From the human T2T-CHM13v2.0 reference genome, Homo sapiens: a DNA stretch of 64,000 nucleotides. Position numbers and translations under genes: made by a program. Positions 30,700 to 44,133 of the stretch are shown piece by piece; the first letter of the stretch is position 1; every line of letters begins with the position of its first letter. Where the stretch lies: the NCBI RefSeq assembly GCF_009914755.1, contig NC_060944.1; one strand, written 5' to 3'. Under the pieces are notes generated by a model, which saw only the letters and a list, made by a program, of their open reading frames with translations, did no database searches and had not been told where the DNA came from.

Positions 30700-31220
30700 T
30701 GTTTGTGCTTTTGGTGTTATATCTAAAAATATATTGCAATATCTGAGGTCATAAAAATTTACCTTTATGTTTTCTTCTAATAGTTTTATCATTTTAGCTC
30801 TTACATTTGGGTTTTTGGTCTATTTTGGGTTAATTTTTGTATACGGTATGAGGTAAGGTCCAACTTCGGTCTTATGGGTATGGTTATCCAGTTGTCCCTG
30901 CACCATTTGCTGAAAAGACTATTCTCCACTGAATGGTCTTGGCACCCTTGTTGAAAATCAGTTGGCCATGGGCACGTGATTTTATATCTGGACTCTCAAT
31001 TCTATTCCATTGTTTACATGTCTATCCTTTTGCCAGTACTGCACTGTTTTGATTACTGTTGCTTTCTAGTAAGTTTTGGAATGTTGAAATGAGTGTTAAC
31101 ATGTTTTAACATGTCTTTTTGTAGACACATTCAATCATTTCTCTTGAATCTATGCCTGGGAGTGAAATTGCTGGTATGCATATATTTAATTTCAGTAGAA
31201 ACTGCATAATAGTTTATACA
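30700..31220 (-). mobile_element. L1M fragments
   Basis: CCAGTTGTCCCTGCACCATTTGCTGAAAAGACT..GGCACCCTTGTTGAAAATCAGTTG. Confidence 0.85.
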
Positions 31221-31939
31221 CGATTTATTTTTAGTAACATGTGGATATGAGTTTATACAAATCAATTTAATCAAAACCAATTGCACACCTGAATGTCATC
31301 AGTTGTCCTGAATTGCAACTGTTCTTATGTTTTCATGGTGAGTGGTGGTGGCCTTGCTCTCACAAAGTTTTTCTGTGACTTTCTGATCAACAAGTTCCGT
31401 GGAGGTGGTGATCTCTGGGAGGCAGAGTCCTCTGGGAAAAGGGCCTCAGGTTGACTTGGGAGGTCAGCCAGAGCAGGATCTAACACCTTACTCAAGAAGA
31501 CAGAAAGCAGAGAAGAGGTCACAAGCAGCAACTCAACTGGTGAGCCTCCATTGGCCAAGGCCGCTGCATTGAAAGCACCTGTGGGCAAATCACAAAAGTC
31601 ACCACTCTGGGGAGATGACCGGTGCCCCCTGTGATGGACCAATTCACAAAAAGCTCCCCTTCCTCTGCTGACTGAGCCCCATGCCTGGCTCAGGGTGTGG
31701 TGGACAGGCCGGGCAGGGCCAGGCATCAGCCTCCACTGGTCACTCTCATGAGTGGGCACCGCATGCGTGTTCTCAGGAGCCTGCCAGAGATTGTCCTGCT
31801 GTGACTGTGCTGACAGCCAACAAGAGACAAGAACCACATCAAAATTAGGAGGAAAGCTATAGCCCACCCCAGCACTGGGCTGGGTGCTTTAGGCAGGCCT
31901 AGCTGGCCTGCCCAGTTGCATCTCCCAGGGGTGCCTGAC

Positions 31940-32400
31940 TTAGCATGGGTTCCCCCAAAGCAGGGCCTGAGATGAAGATTTGCGTTCCGGTGGTTTGTTT
32001 GGGGGCTGACCCCCAGGAAGCCCTGTGAGGAAGTGGGGAGAGTCAGGCAGGAGGGAACCCAGTGTGGGTAAGTGAGTGGGTGACTGCAGTGGGCGCCCAG
32101 GACAAAATCCCCAGGACGCTGTAGCTGTAGGGACGCCTCGGGGAGGCTGTAGGGAATTGTCCCTCTGAGTAGTGAGGACGCTGCATGTTTTTCCATTAAT
32201 TCCCACCCTTCATTGATGGAGGGTCACTCCCAGGGTGTTAACTCCCGGGTGCTTCTGGTTTGCCCCATGGATGAGCACAGTCCACAGACAACACCCTCAG
32301 ACAGAGAGACACAGGAAACTGACCTGGGAGGGAGTGTCAGCAGGACACCTCCTCAGTGGGTTAAGTGAGTGGTGGCAGGATACCGACAGCACCTGCTACA
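31940..32400 (-). mobile_element. LTR16-like ERVL LTR
   Basis: GGGTTCCCCCAAAGCAGGGCCTGAGATGAAGATTTG..CCCAGGAAGC; ends ACAGCACCTGCTACA. Confidence 0.7.
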
Positions 32401-34072
32401 TTCCCTAGGCCCAAAGTTAAGAGTTTCCCCTGCCCCCAGTAGGCCCACTGACTAAACCATACAGATTAGAATAGAGCAGCCAGTGAGACCCTGACGATTA
32501 TTTATGTTCCCTCCTCTGTCACCCCAGATGTTGGGGGAGGGGTAGAGAGAGTGGGAAAATGTTGTTGCAAAAATGCAAAAACCCATGGCCTGGAGCAGAT
32601 AAACCGTGCTTGAATGAATGGCTTGTTCTCTAGCAGAGAAGGAACTTTATTTGAATAGTTAATCCTCGCGTGTTGCAACAGCCCAAGATCACCCTGCAAA
32701 GGCTATTATTTGCCCAGAGCGTTGCAGGCTGGGGAAATCTTCATGTACCCCTTTTCCTTTTAAACACCAGATCCTATATCCAGGCTGAGATATTGGAAAG
32801 CAAATTGTGAGCCCCGTCTGCCAGCTGGGGGCATGCTGAGACAAAGGAAAGATTCTCGCTGGCAGAGCTCCCTGGCCAGGAGACCCTCATCTAGTAGGAA
32901 GGATTTTAACACATTCATTCCCATGTTACACGGCATTCCTCCATTCTTGAAAATGCTACGCCAAAAATATATCTTTCTGCTTGTTATCAGTTTATTCATA
33001 GTTTTAGATTCAGCTATAGCTCGTATGTGGTAAAAACCTAGGCCAGCTGAGGGGAAAACACTCTCCCCAGGGATCCATCTGATTTATAAATAAACAAGTG
33101 CTGCAGCTGTGGGGGTTGTGGAATGGAGCCCTCTGTGATTCTACAGGGAGGCTTCACACAGGATCTCTTCCGAAGACAAGGAGAACTTAAGGAACAAGAG
33201 TGTGTGTATGCCACAAAGTGATACTTCTAGTCTCAGCTCACTTTGAAAGGAACCCCTTAAGAACTTTACCCATAAAACTTCTTGAGTGAATTTGAGTCAG
33301 TTAAGCCAACTCAATTTGGTAGAAAATCATGCAACATTGCTGAAATTAACAGCCTCTCCAGCTAACAGGTAGAGAAACTAGAAAAGACCCAATGGCATTG
33401 CATTTATAGTGAAGAAAGAAAAATAAGCTGAGCCTCAGTTCAGAAAAGATTGGGGGCATTTTTGCAAAGCCTCTCATAAACACAAGCGAGAAGTCCATTT
33501 AAAATCCTAAATGAATGCTCAGAAAAATATCCAGGTTTCCCAATGTTAACCAACTGTTTGCTCACGTCTATATGATTAATACATATCCTAAAGCTGAGAT
33601 TTAATTTTTCCAGGATGCAAAGCCTGGTGCTTCAGCTAGTATTGTAATCCCCTATTTGGAAATTGCGAAGTTATGAAGAGAAGCCTCCCTCAAGACAACA
33701 TCAAATAAAATTAGTCAAATACAGAGAAGGATACTATCATTTTCAAGATCACATGAAGATATTTTTTAATTGAGAAAACATTTAAAGGATGCTTATAAAA
33801 GAGATATAGTGAAAAACAAAAGTTATCCCATATTTTAGATAGACTTTTATGTTTACTGTCTTTCGGAAGTAAAACTTTCAAGTCACACATTTGTTCAACA
33901 AAGATTTGCATGATTACTTTGCTAGGCACTCTTCTAGACACTAATGGTGTAACGGTGCTAAAGACAGCAGCTGGGCTCCTGCGCCCTTGAGGTTACCAAT
34001 CTTGGCCACAGGGGATAGGTGAGAGACTTCATATTGTGCATGGATGACTACTATTTTTTTAAAGATATTAGT

Positions 34073-34210
34073 TGACTAACACAATCGTTCATGCCTGTAA
34101 TCCCAACACTTTGGGAGGCCAAGGCAGGAGGATCACTTGAAACCAGGAGTTTGAGACTGACCTACAAAGCTAGACCCTGTCTCTACAAAAAACAAACAAC
34201 GACAAAAAAA
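34073..34210 (+). mobile_element. Alu left monomer (FLAM/AluJ)
   Basis: single monomer with A-rich tail. Confidence 0.8.
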
Positions 34211-34598
34211 TTTTAGTTAAAAACTGAAAGGATTTTAATAGTTAAAAATCAGAAGGATCAAAAGCAAAGATGTTGAAGGAGTCTGAGGAGTGAGCAAGGT
34301 TGTGTGTTTCCAGGTGTTGAAAGACATCCCTTCCCCATAGCGGGTCTCCAAATGAACCAAGGAAATACCTGGCCTCTCACCTGAACAATAGCTAAGTAAT
34401 GATACCTAACTCATAGGGTTGCCACAGAGTATGTGTGCAAAGCCTGGTGGCACCCATGATAATCAGGTGTGACCTGCTATTATATTATTAAGGAACTCAC
34501 ATAATACAGTATTTGGCACTAGAAGATAGTCTGTAAATATTAATTAACTTCTCTTACTAGACAGCTACACACACAATACAAACACATACAACCTTAAG

Positions 34599-36655
34599 CC
34601 AGGGTCTCCACATGGGGGGGTGCATGACAATCCATTGGGTAAAAAAGAAAATATTAGGACATCTATTTGTAAGTTTTATGTAAAAATGGCAAAGTGATTA
34701 AGTTTTACTGAAATACATTATAATGATTGACAATAGTGCCCTTCCTGGGTCTGTGTGTCAGAGTCTTGCAGAATTGGTACCAGAGGTCCCCCTGAGGGAA
34801 TATGGGAATTCCACTACTCCAGCTGAGAGTGGCACGCCCACTTGGTGTCTTCTGTGAGCCTCATTAAATGAACGCACAGATTATATGAATCCAGCTTTAA
34901 CTAAATAACTTTCTCAACCTGGGAAAGTGGCTTAAAAATATTGTAGACAAGAAACAATGGATTGAAGATAATCCTAATATCACAAGCAGAAAGATGAAAA
35001 TAAATGGTAGAACTGACCCTTGCATTCCCAATACCTCCCATTAGCCTCATTACAAGGTAAAAATTATAATAATCTAATTAGTATGAGAAGAATTCAGCCT
35101 AAAATATTGAACTTATAATGAAGACTACTGATAATGAGCATATCCAACCATTGTTATGGAGAATGAATTCCACATGTGTGTGGTGGTTTGAAGATTTGAG
35201 GTGAAGGTGATGGAAAGTCACAGTGATAACCAAGACCTACAAATAGTAAGCATTTGGTGTGCAGAAGCAAATATCTGAGACTTCTAAGCAATGTTTACAA
35301 TTGTGAGATACTCAGTTCAGTATTTTATCAAAGTTTCACACAGATTACTGAAAAATATTGAAGTTTTTAAATAAAGAAAAATAAAAAAGCTACCTACCAT
35401 TGAGTAAACCCTTCTCTTTATGCCCCAGTAAAAATGGCTGCAATAATACAGAAACGACAATAAGGCGGCAAGTTAAAATGCCTGCCTTTATTAGCAACGC
35501 GGTTGGAAATGCATAGCAAACAATGCTGAAGATTTAAAGATACACACATTAGAACAAATTATGCTTTACCAAGGTTTGCCAGAGCATTGAATGAAAGTAC
35601 AGATATTTCCAACATGTCTCGCTTTGTGCTGTTTGCTAGATTCCATTTCAATAGTGAAATACACCAAAGGCCATTTTTTTATGAGCCACTAAACCGTTAC
35701 AGTCTCAGTAGTAAATGACTGAAAAAGTGTTCAGGGTGGAAATCTGTTAAGTGTAATCACTAGTGGTGGAATGGCTGAATTATTGTTTGTTTTTTAAGAA
35801 AAAAATTACAGTAAAGTTAACAAAGAAAGCACAACCATCAAATCCATTTACTGTGTCGTTCTTAGCAAATAGTGAAGCAAGATGAAGAAAACAACAGATG
35901 TCACCTATGAGGTTAAATTTATAAAAACGAGACTTGCCAAATATGATTGAATCTTTAACACATTTTATAATGAGAATAGAAATGACCCTAAGAAATCTTT
36001 GGACCACACAGACTGTCCTTTGGACAATGTACCTAAAAGAACAGGGAAACTAAAAGGGTTCCGGATTTCTGGACTTCTCTGTGATGACAAGTAGCTGTCA
36101 CTACTATGTGACCTCACACATATTTTTCAAGTAAGCAAGCACACAATCTATTACTATAGTGTAAAAGAGAAAGGAAGTTCTCTTTATTTACCAAGGAGTG
36201 AAAAGTAGCTGCTTTTAAAAGAAAATATATCCCATAATGACGCATTTTGAACAGTGTGTGTTCGGAAACATTTCCATTGTCACACAAATATACTTATTAC
36301 CCAAAACTCCCATATTTGCACCCTCACAAACAGAATTTTTAACTTGTTATAAGGTCTTCTAAACAAAGAATTTTTCTTCATTCTGAGCAGATTTTTGAAA
36401 ATATAAAAATGCAATACTTTTCAATCATTTTGTTAGACTGATATCAAGAAAGCTATAGTTTACTTAGCCAAATTCGAATAAAAATTTTTGAAAATTGAAA
36501 GATGTGATTACAAATGTGTTTTGTCACTTAGCCCAGCCATTGATGCACTTCTTCCATTTGGATATATAAAACTGTGAGGTTTATTTTTTTGAGACATTAA
36601 AAGCAAGAACTGAAATAAATTGAACTTAGAATCTGACCTTCAAATTTACCATCTT
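34599..36655 (+). mobile_element. hAT-Charlie transposon relic with decayed transposase
   Basis: 35587 onward reads LNESTDISNMSRFVLFARFHFNSEIHQRPFFYEPL (LDESTD motif region); about 36540-36645 resembles the hAT dimerisation LLPF..CE..F..IK..NKLNLESDL motif with frameshifts. Confidence 0.8.
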
Positions 36656-36659
36656 ACTC

Positions 36660-37390
36660 ACAGAGATCAATTATCCCTTAATATCAAATAACCATTGATG
36701 TTCCAAGTTTCCAATTGTTTCATAAATGTCATAATTTTTTAGTTTGTTTCTTTAAAGTGTGTTTATTTAAATAAAGCCATGAGATGTATTCGATTGTTCT
36801 GTCAGATCTATTTTATTTTGTAGGACTTCCACTCACATCTCTCCTTTCTTTGTCATTTATTTGTTGAAGAAAGTAGGTTGATTGGCCCATATTACTTCAT
36901 ATAAGCTGGATTTTGCTGGATTCATCTCCATCGTATAGTCTATAAAGTTCCTCAGTCCTCTGTATTTCCTGGGGAAAAAAATTATAATTGCATATACAAG
37001 TTGCTCTATTTTTTTTTCTTGGTAAAACTACTTTATAGTAGAGTGGGTATTTCCACCAGGAAGCACATAATGTCTGGTTCTCATCCTTTTGGTCATAACA
37101 GGTATTGACAGATATCTTTCAAAATAATATGTTATTATAAAATGTGTGATATAAACAGAAAGTTTAAAACATACAGTTCAAAGAAAAATAAACATCCACA
37201 TACCTACTACCCAGATTAAGAAATTGAATAAACTGTGTACAGTTCATATCTTCTTAGCTTCCCTTTCTCGTCTCTCCCCAGAGACAAACAACAGAACTTC
37301 TGTATTAGTTATTTTTTGATTTTTCACTTAAATACATCTAACACCTGAGTCTGTATTCCTAAACAATATATTGCCACATTTTTTAACTAG
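36660..37390 (-). mobile_element. L1MC/ME 3' fragments
   Basis: CCACCAGGAAGCACATAATGTCTGGT; ACTACCCAGATTAAGAAA. Confidence 0.55.
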
Positions 37391-38043
37391 GTAGGAAGTA
37401 CACGTTTCTCTGTGTGAAGGAAGGACACTATTATCACTGTGAAATGAAGGCTTCTAGAGGAAATAAACTGAAGAGATCTTCTGGGATATAGTTTGTCATC
37501 AGCTATCCATGCAGTTTATAAGAGTCCCTTTTGAAAAAAATCAGAGGGCAAGACTTTGAATAAAAACCTAGAAAACTTGAAGCTTTGTACAATGAGGCTG
37601 TCTGGAAGGAATTCAATGGGATCAGTATTGAATGCCTTCCCAGAATATGGTCAATGAGCATGGGTCACTTTATATTTTCTATTTCTAAGTTCACCATGCC
37701 CTTCCTTGGTCTTTCAGGCGTAGGTCCAAGCAGAAGACTCTGTGAGCTGAAATGAGTGCTCTCAGTCCAGGCTACAAGGCTGCAGGGCAGGAACTTCTTC
37801 AGTACATGATCAGTGTGAACCAAAGGCTTATCAAAATTTGGGCTAGGCTCACCTAGATGTTCTGTCTTCACATTAAAATACAAATTATACAATGGCAGTG
37901 ACTATCTTGATATTCTGTTACAAGTTGACTCGAGTCATTCTGAGCTATCTGTACTAGTTACTCTCTGTGTTTGGCACACAGCCATCACCCTGGGATCCTT
38001 GTTCTCCATCCTTCTGGAGAATTCCTCTTATGATGGTCCTCTT

Positions 38044-38175
38044 ATAATATAGTGGGATGCAGCAATAAAAATAAAAATAAAATTCAATAAGATACAGCAA
38101 TAAAATGAAGAAACTATTTCTACATGCAAAAACATAGATAAATCTCACCAACTAATGTTGAACAAAAGAAGCTAG
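38044..38175. repeat. inverted copy of 39359-39502
   Basis: hand alignment: about 6 substitutions and one 12-13-bp gap. Confidence 0.9.
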
Positions 38176-38218
38176 CATCCATGTTTTCAGCATCCATGTT
38201 TTCAGCATCCATGTCTTC
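38174..38218. repeat. 15-bp tandem triplication AGCATCCATGT(T/C)TTC
   Basis: direct reading. Confidence 0.95.
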
Positions 38219-38750
38219 TTTCTTTGTTTACTCCCTAATTTTGGTGGAGCACACCCTCTAATAGCTTTTCTGAGAAAAGTTATTTGGAATGTAAATTTCC
38301 TTTCTTAATATGTCTTTATTCTACCTTCATGCTTATTTGATAGTTTCACTGTTAAAGAGTTTTAGGTTGAAAAGCTCTTTGTTTTAATGTCAAAAGCATT
38401 ACTCCATTGTCATTTTTATTCCCATTCATTTGTATAACACCTGGTTTTTATTCTCTAGTAGCTTCTCATCATCCCTGGTATTTCACAATGATGAAATTCC
38501 CCTGCACTAATAATTGGTGGGAACATTCAATCTGGTAACTTCTTCCCTCTGTTATTTTTTTTCTTAAATTGTTTCAATTTTTTTCCTTCCCTTGATTTCT
38601 AGAATTGTATTATTTGGATGTTGAATCTCTGAACTGGTCCTCTAATTTTCGTTTTCTACTGTTCTCCATTTCCTTGCTCTGGGATCAAGAATATTTCCTC
38701 AACTTTATTTTCTAAGCCTTCTATTTTTATTTCTGCTATCATATATTTAA

Positions 38751-39143
<393 letters not shown>

Positions 39144-39659
39144 AATAAATTTTTAAAAATTAAATACGCTTGCCTAACTAACTACCACACAAGTGAGGAA
39201 ATAGTAACTTAACAAAACCAAGAAATTTTCCTCCTCCCCATATTTGACCCTCAACAAAGATAATCACTATTGTATCCTTTATCACCGTTGATTAGTTTTG
39301 CCTGTTTATGAACTTTATAGAAATAGAAACATACAATAGACGATACATCCCTTTATGTCTGGCTTCTTTTGTTCAACATTCGTTGGTGAGATTTATCTAT
39401 GTTTTTGCATATAGAAATAGTTTCAGCATTTTATTGCTGTATCTTATTGAATTTTATTTTTAATTTCATAAATATTTTTATTGCTGCATCCCAGTATATT
39501 ATTATGCCAAAATTTACTTACTCCTTCTATTGTTAATAGACTGTTGAGTTATTTCTAGTTTGAAATATTTGAATAATGCGGCTATCAGCAATCTTGTACA
39601 AGCCTTTTGAGCACATGGGCACACATTTTTGTTGTCTATATAGGAGTGGAACTCTTAGG

Positions 39660-40620
39660 TCATGATGGCAGGGCAGGCAAGACCCAAATTGGGGCTTAGC
39701 CCAGGAAGGTTCTTGTCTTTGCTCAGGAAAGAATTCAAGAGCGAGCCAGTGGTAGAAGAAAACAGCTGTATTGAGATGGCAATTTTCATGCGTGTCCGTG
39801 TGAAGAGACCACCAAACAGGCTTTGTGTGAGCAACATGGCTGTTTATTTCACCTGGGTGCAGGTGGGCTGAGTTCGAAAAGAGAGTCAGCGAAGGGAGAT
39901 GGATTATCATTAGTTCTTATAGGTTTTGGGTTAGGCAGTGAAGTTAAGAGCAATGTTTTGTGGGCAGGGGTGGATCTCACAAAGTGCATTCTCAAGGGTG
40001 GGGAGAATTACAGAGAACCTTCTTAAGGGTGGGGGAGATTACAAAGTACATTGATCAGTTAGGGTGGGGCAGGAACAAATCACAATGGTGGAATGTCATC
40101 AGTTAAGGCTATTTTTACTTCTTTTGTGGATCATCAGTTACTTCAGGCCATCTGGGTGTATACATGCAAGTCACAGGGGATGTGATGGCTTGGCTTGGGC
40201 TCAGAGGCCTGACAGCAATGTTACAGCTCCATGACTCTTCCTGCGGAGCAGGGCCACCCCATAGGCATTGCGCGCTAAGAGTAGCAGCTCAAAGGCAGTT
40301 TTGCAGTCATATTTATACCCATTTTGAAAATGGGTATAAATTTATCCTACTTATTTATCTGTAGATTGCTTTAACTTGTTTATGTACACGTGGATTATGT
40401 AGAAAATTTCCAGAAAAGGGTGGTAACTTCCAGGTCATCAGTTCACTGCCATGGAAAAGGGGCAGTAACTTTCTGGTGTTGCCATGGCAATGGTAAACCA
40501 GCATGGCACACTGGTAGGCATGTTTTATAGTGCTCCAGCCACATTCCTGTTTCAGCTAGTCCTCAATTTGGTCCAGAGTCCAAGCCTTGCCTCTGGAGTC
40601 AAGTCCACCTCCTACCTCAA
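39660..40620 (-). mobile_element. ERV1-class solo LTR (MER4-group; MER49/LTR19-like) split by LTR7
   Basis: minus-strand start TGAGGTAGGAGGTGGACTTGACTCC..GGACCAAATTGAGGACTAGCT; GTTGCCATGGCAAT at 40478. Confidence 0.7.
39784..40214 (-). mobile_element. HERV-H solo LTR (LTR7 family)
   Basis: TTTCATGCGTGTCCGTGTGAAGAGACCACCAAACAGGC ... GGCTTGGGCTCAGAGGCCTGACA; 5-bp TSD GCAAT at 39779 and 40215. Confidence 0.93.
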
Positions 40621-40701
40621 TATGGTATGTGTATATTCCTCTATAGTAGATGTTAACATGGATTTCAAAACTGGTGGTAAAAATTTACACTCCCATAATC
40701 A

Positions 40702-41061
<360 letters not shown>

Positions 41062-41382
41062 TCAACCATGCTTGGTATTATCCTTTTTCTTTTTTAACTT
41101 GTAGGCATCTGGTAGGTATGTAATGGTAATTCACTGAGATTTTAATTCGCATTTCCCTGCCATTTAATGAAGTCGAGAAGCTCTTCACGTCTTTAAAAGC
41201 CTTTTATCCATTTTTTCGAATTGTGTGGTCTTTTCTAACTGACTTGTAGAATATTTTTCATTTTCAGTGTATCATTATCCAGTAATACATATTACTACAA
41301 ATATCTTCTCCCACTCCGTGGCTTGACTTTTCACTTTATTCTTTTATGGTTAGTGATTATTGCATCCATTTAAGAAATATTA

Positions 41383-41716
<334 letters not shown>

Positions 41717-42655
41717 TTACCTTCTAAATGTATTTACCTTTAATATTTACATGCACAACCCCCTTGGAATTTGTTTTTGTATATGATGTAAGTAGAATCA
41801 TTTATTGAAAAAACCACCCTTCCCCTACTGTGCTCTCGTGGCACTTTTGCAATACAATTAAGAGACTGAATGTTTATGAATTTGCTTCTAGACCCTTGAT
41901 TTCACTGGTTTATTTGTCTCTCTTGCATCTGTTCCATACTGTCTTCTTATAAAGCACCAGTAATTAAATGAATCCATCATCTTGGTTCTTCTTCACAAGT
42001 GCCTTGGCTATTTCTGGTCCTTTGCATTTTCATATGCATTTTAGAATCAACTTAAAGATTTGCAGACACACAAAAAAACCCTGCTGGTTTTTATTATGAT
42101 TGCGTTGACTCTATTGATTAATTTTTTAAAAATAGCAGCTGTATAATGTTAAGCCTTTCAATTCATTAATATATTTCAGTAACATTGTGTAGCTCTCTGT
42201 GTCAATCTCTTGCACATCCATATTCCTAAATATTTCATTTTTAATGCTATCAGAAATCACTGTTTTATAAAATTTGATATTCTAATTATTGCTAACATAC
42301 AGAAATTAGACTGATTTTGCTATTTTGTTATTATATTCTGCAGCCTTGCTAAGTCCATTTATTTATCCTACTTATTTATCTGTAGATTACTTTAACTTTT
42401 TTATGTACATGTCATCTGTTTTTATTTCTTCCTTTTTTTCTTCCTCTCTTCCTTCTCAGCATTCATAAGTTTTCTTTCTTTTTCTTCCCAATTTTCACTG
42501 ACCAGAACCACCAGTATTATGTTGCATAAATGGGATGGTAGCAGCATCCTTCTTTTTCCCTCAATCACCAGGGGAAAGCTTTTAATAATTCACCATTAAC
42601 TGTGATGTTTTCTGTGGGGCTTATACAAATACATAATATTAGATTAGAAGTTCTC

Positions 42656-43094
42656 TGTAAAGGTTCTCTACCAATTTCATGAATACAGACAAAACACTCC
42701 CAGGACAAGCCAGGCAGAACAGTGTTATTACTCAGATAGACAGCAAGAGCAAACAGAAGCCTAGGCTCCATGGCCAGCCAGTTCTCTAAGGCTCAGGAAA
42801 GCTGCCCAGGATGGATGGAGTCTCCTCCGCACATAACCCACATTGCACTGCAACTGAAGGAAACCGCAAGCGCTCCGCCCTGAGTTTCCACACCCTGGGC
42901 ACCACTTGGCTCACTGAGCACAAGCATTGCAGGACACCCTATTCTAGGAGGAATCATGACATAGCCCGGACTGCTGTGGACACCTCCTCCTTATCTCAAG
43001 ATGTTGCATTTTCAGTTCATTCTGCCTAAGAATTGCACGCAAGAGGGGGATAAACTCAGTTGGCCAAGGTCGTCCAGGGACCTGTCCTTCTGCA
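42656..43094. mobile_element. solo LTR (probably ERVL, MER54/73/74-like)
   Basis: TG...CA termini, 5-bp TSD TTCTC (42651, 43095), GC-richer insert in L1. Confidence 0.75.
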
Positions 43095-44133
43095 TTCTCA
43101 TATATTCCTAGTATGCTGTGAATTATTTGATGATGAATTTAAATTAATGCTGCTTTTTTTGCTTTTATTGAGATAATCTTTTGATATTTTTCTCATTTAT
43201 CTCTGTTAACATATTAAATGACATCAGTTGATTTTCAAATATTCAACCAAGCTTGAATTTCTGACATCAACCCAATGTAATCATGATTATCTTATATATA
43301 TAGATATGTATATATCTCTTTCTATATATAGATATATATAGCTGAATTTGAATTGCTAATAATTTGGGATCTTTCATCAATATTTATGATAGATATTGTC
43401 CTATTTTCCCTTCCTCTTGTTATATTTTTATATCAAGGTTATTCTGGCATCATAAAACAAGTTAGGAAGTGTCTCACCTTTTTCTCTTCTCTGAGAGAGT
43501 TTATGTAAGTTTAGTGTTATATCATCCTTACACATTTGAAATATTTCAACAGTGACGCCATCTGTCTTGGCATTTTATTGGAAAGTTTTCAAATTACAAA
43601 TTCAATTTCTTCAATAAATCTAAGAGAAGTATTCAGATTTCTATTTCATCATGTTTACTTCATGTTTGGTAATTTGTATTTCTCAAGGAAATTGAAAAAT
43701 TAGATGAATTGTATAATTCATCTGAATTCCAAACTTATTGGCATGAGTTGTTCAAAATGCTCTTTTATGATCTTTCTAATATATGAAAGATCTGTAGTGA
43801 TGGTCTCTTTTTCATTGTTGAAAAGTAGTAATTTGTGGCTTTTCTCTTCTGATTAAGTCTTATTATAAATTTAATTATTTTCTTAAGTTTTTTCATTGAG
43901 CTAACTTTTTCCTGGGTTGATTTTCTCTGTTATGCCTGTTTTCTCTTTAATTAATTTCTGATGTTATCTTTCTTCTTTCTTTCCATCCATTTTCTTTAGG
44001 TGTAATTCAATGTTTTTCTTAACTTCAGGAGAGACAGAATTAGGTCATAAATTGTCTTTTATAAATTATGCATCAGGAGCTACAAATTTCCCTCCAAGAA
44101 CAGCTTTAGCTACCTTTCATGAGTTTCATGTGC

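Noticed and set aside
31325-31867. Longest ORF (180 aa)
   Set aside because: No recognisable domain, non-ATG start, no splice support; chance frame in GC-richer sequence.
37400-38043. Possible processed pseudogene on the minus strand
   Set aside because: No protein recognised, no polyA or TSD; the 37940-38043 part resembles HAL1/L1ME.
38174-38218. Short tandem repeats as CRISPR-like arrays (also 16602, 21129, 21449, 28391)
   Set aside because: Only 2-3 adjacent copies with no spacers, in eukaryotic DNA; ordinary slippage duplications.
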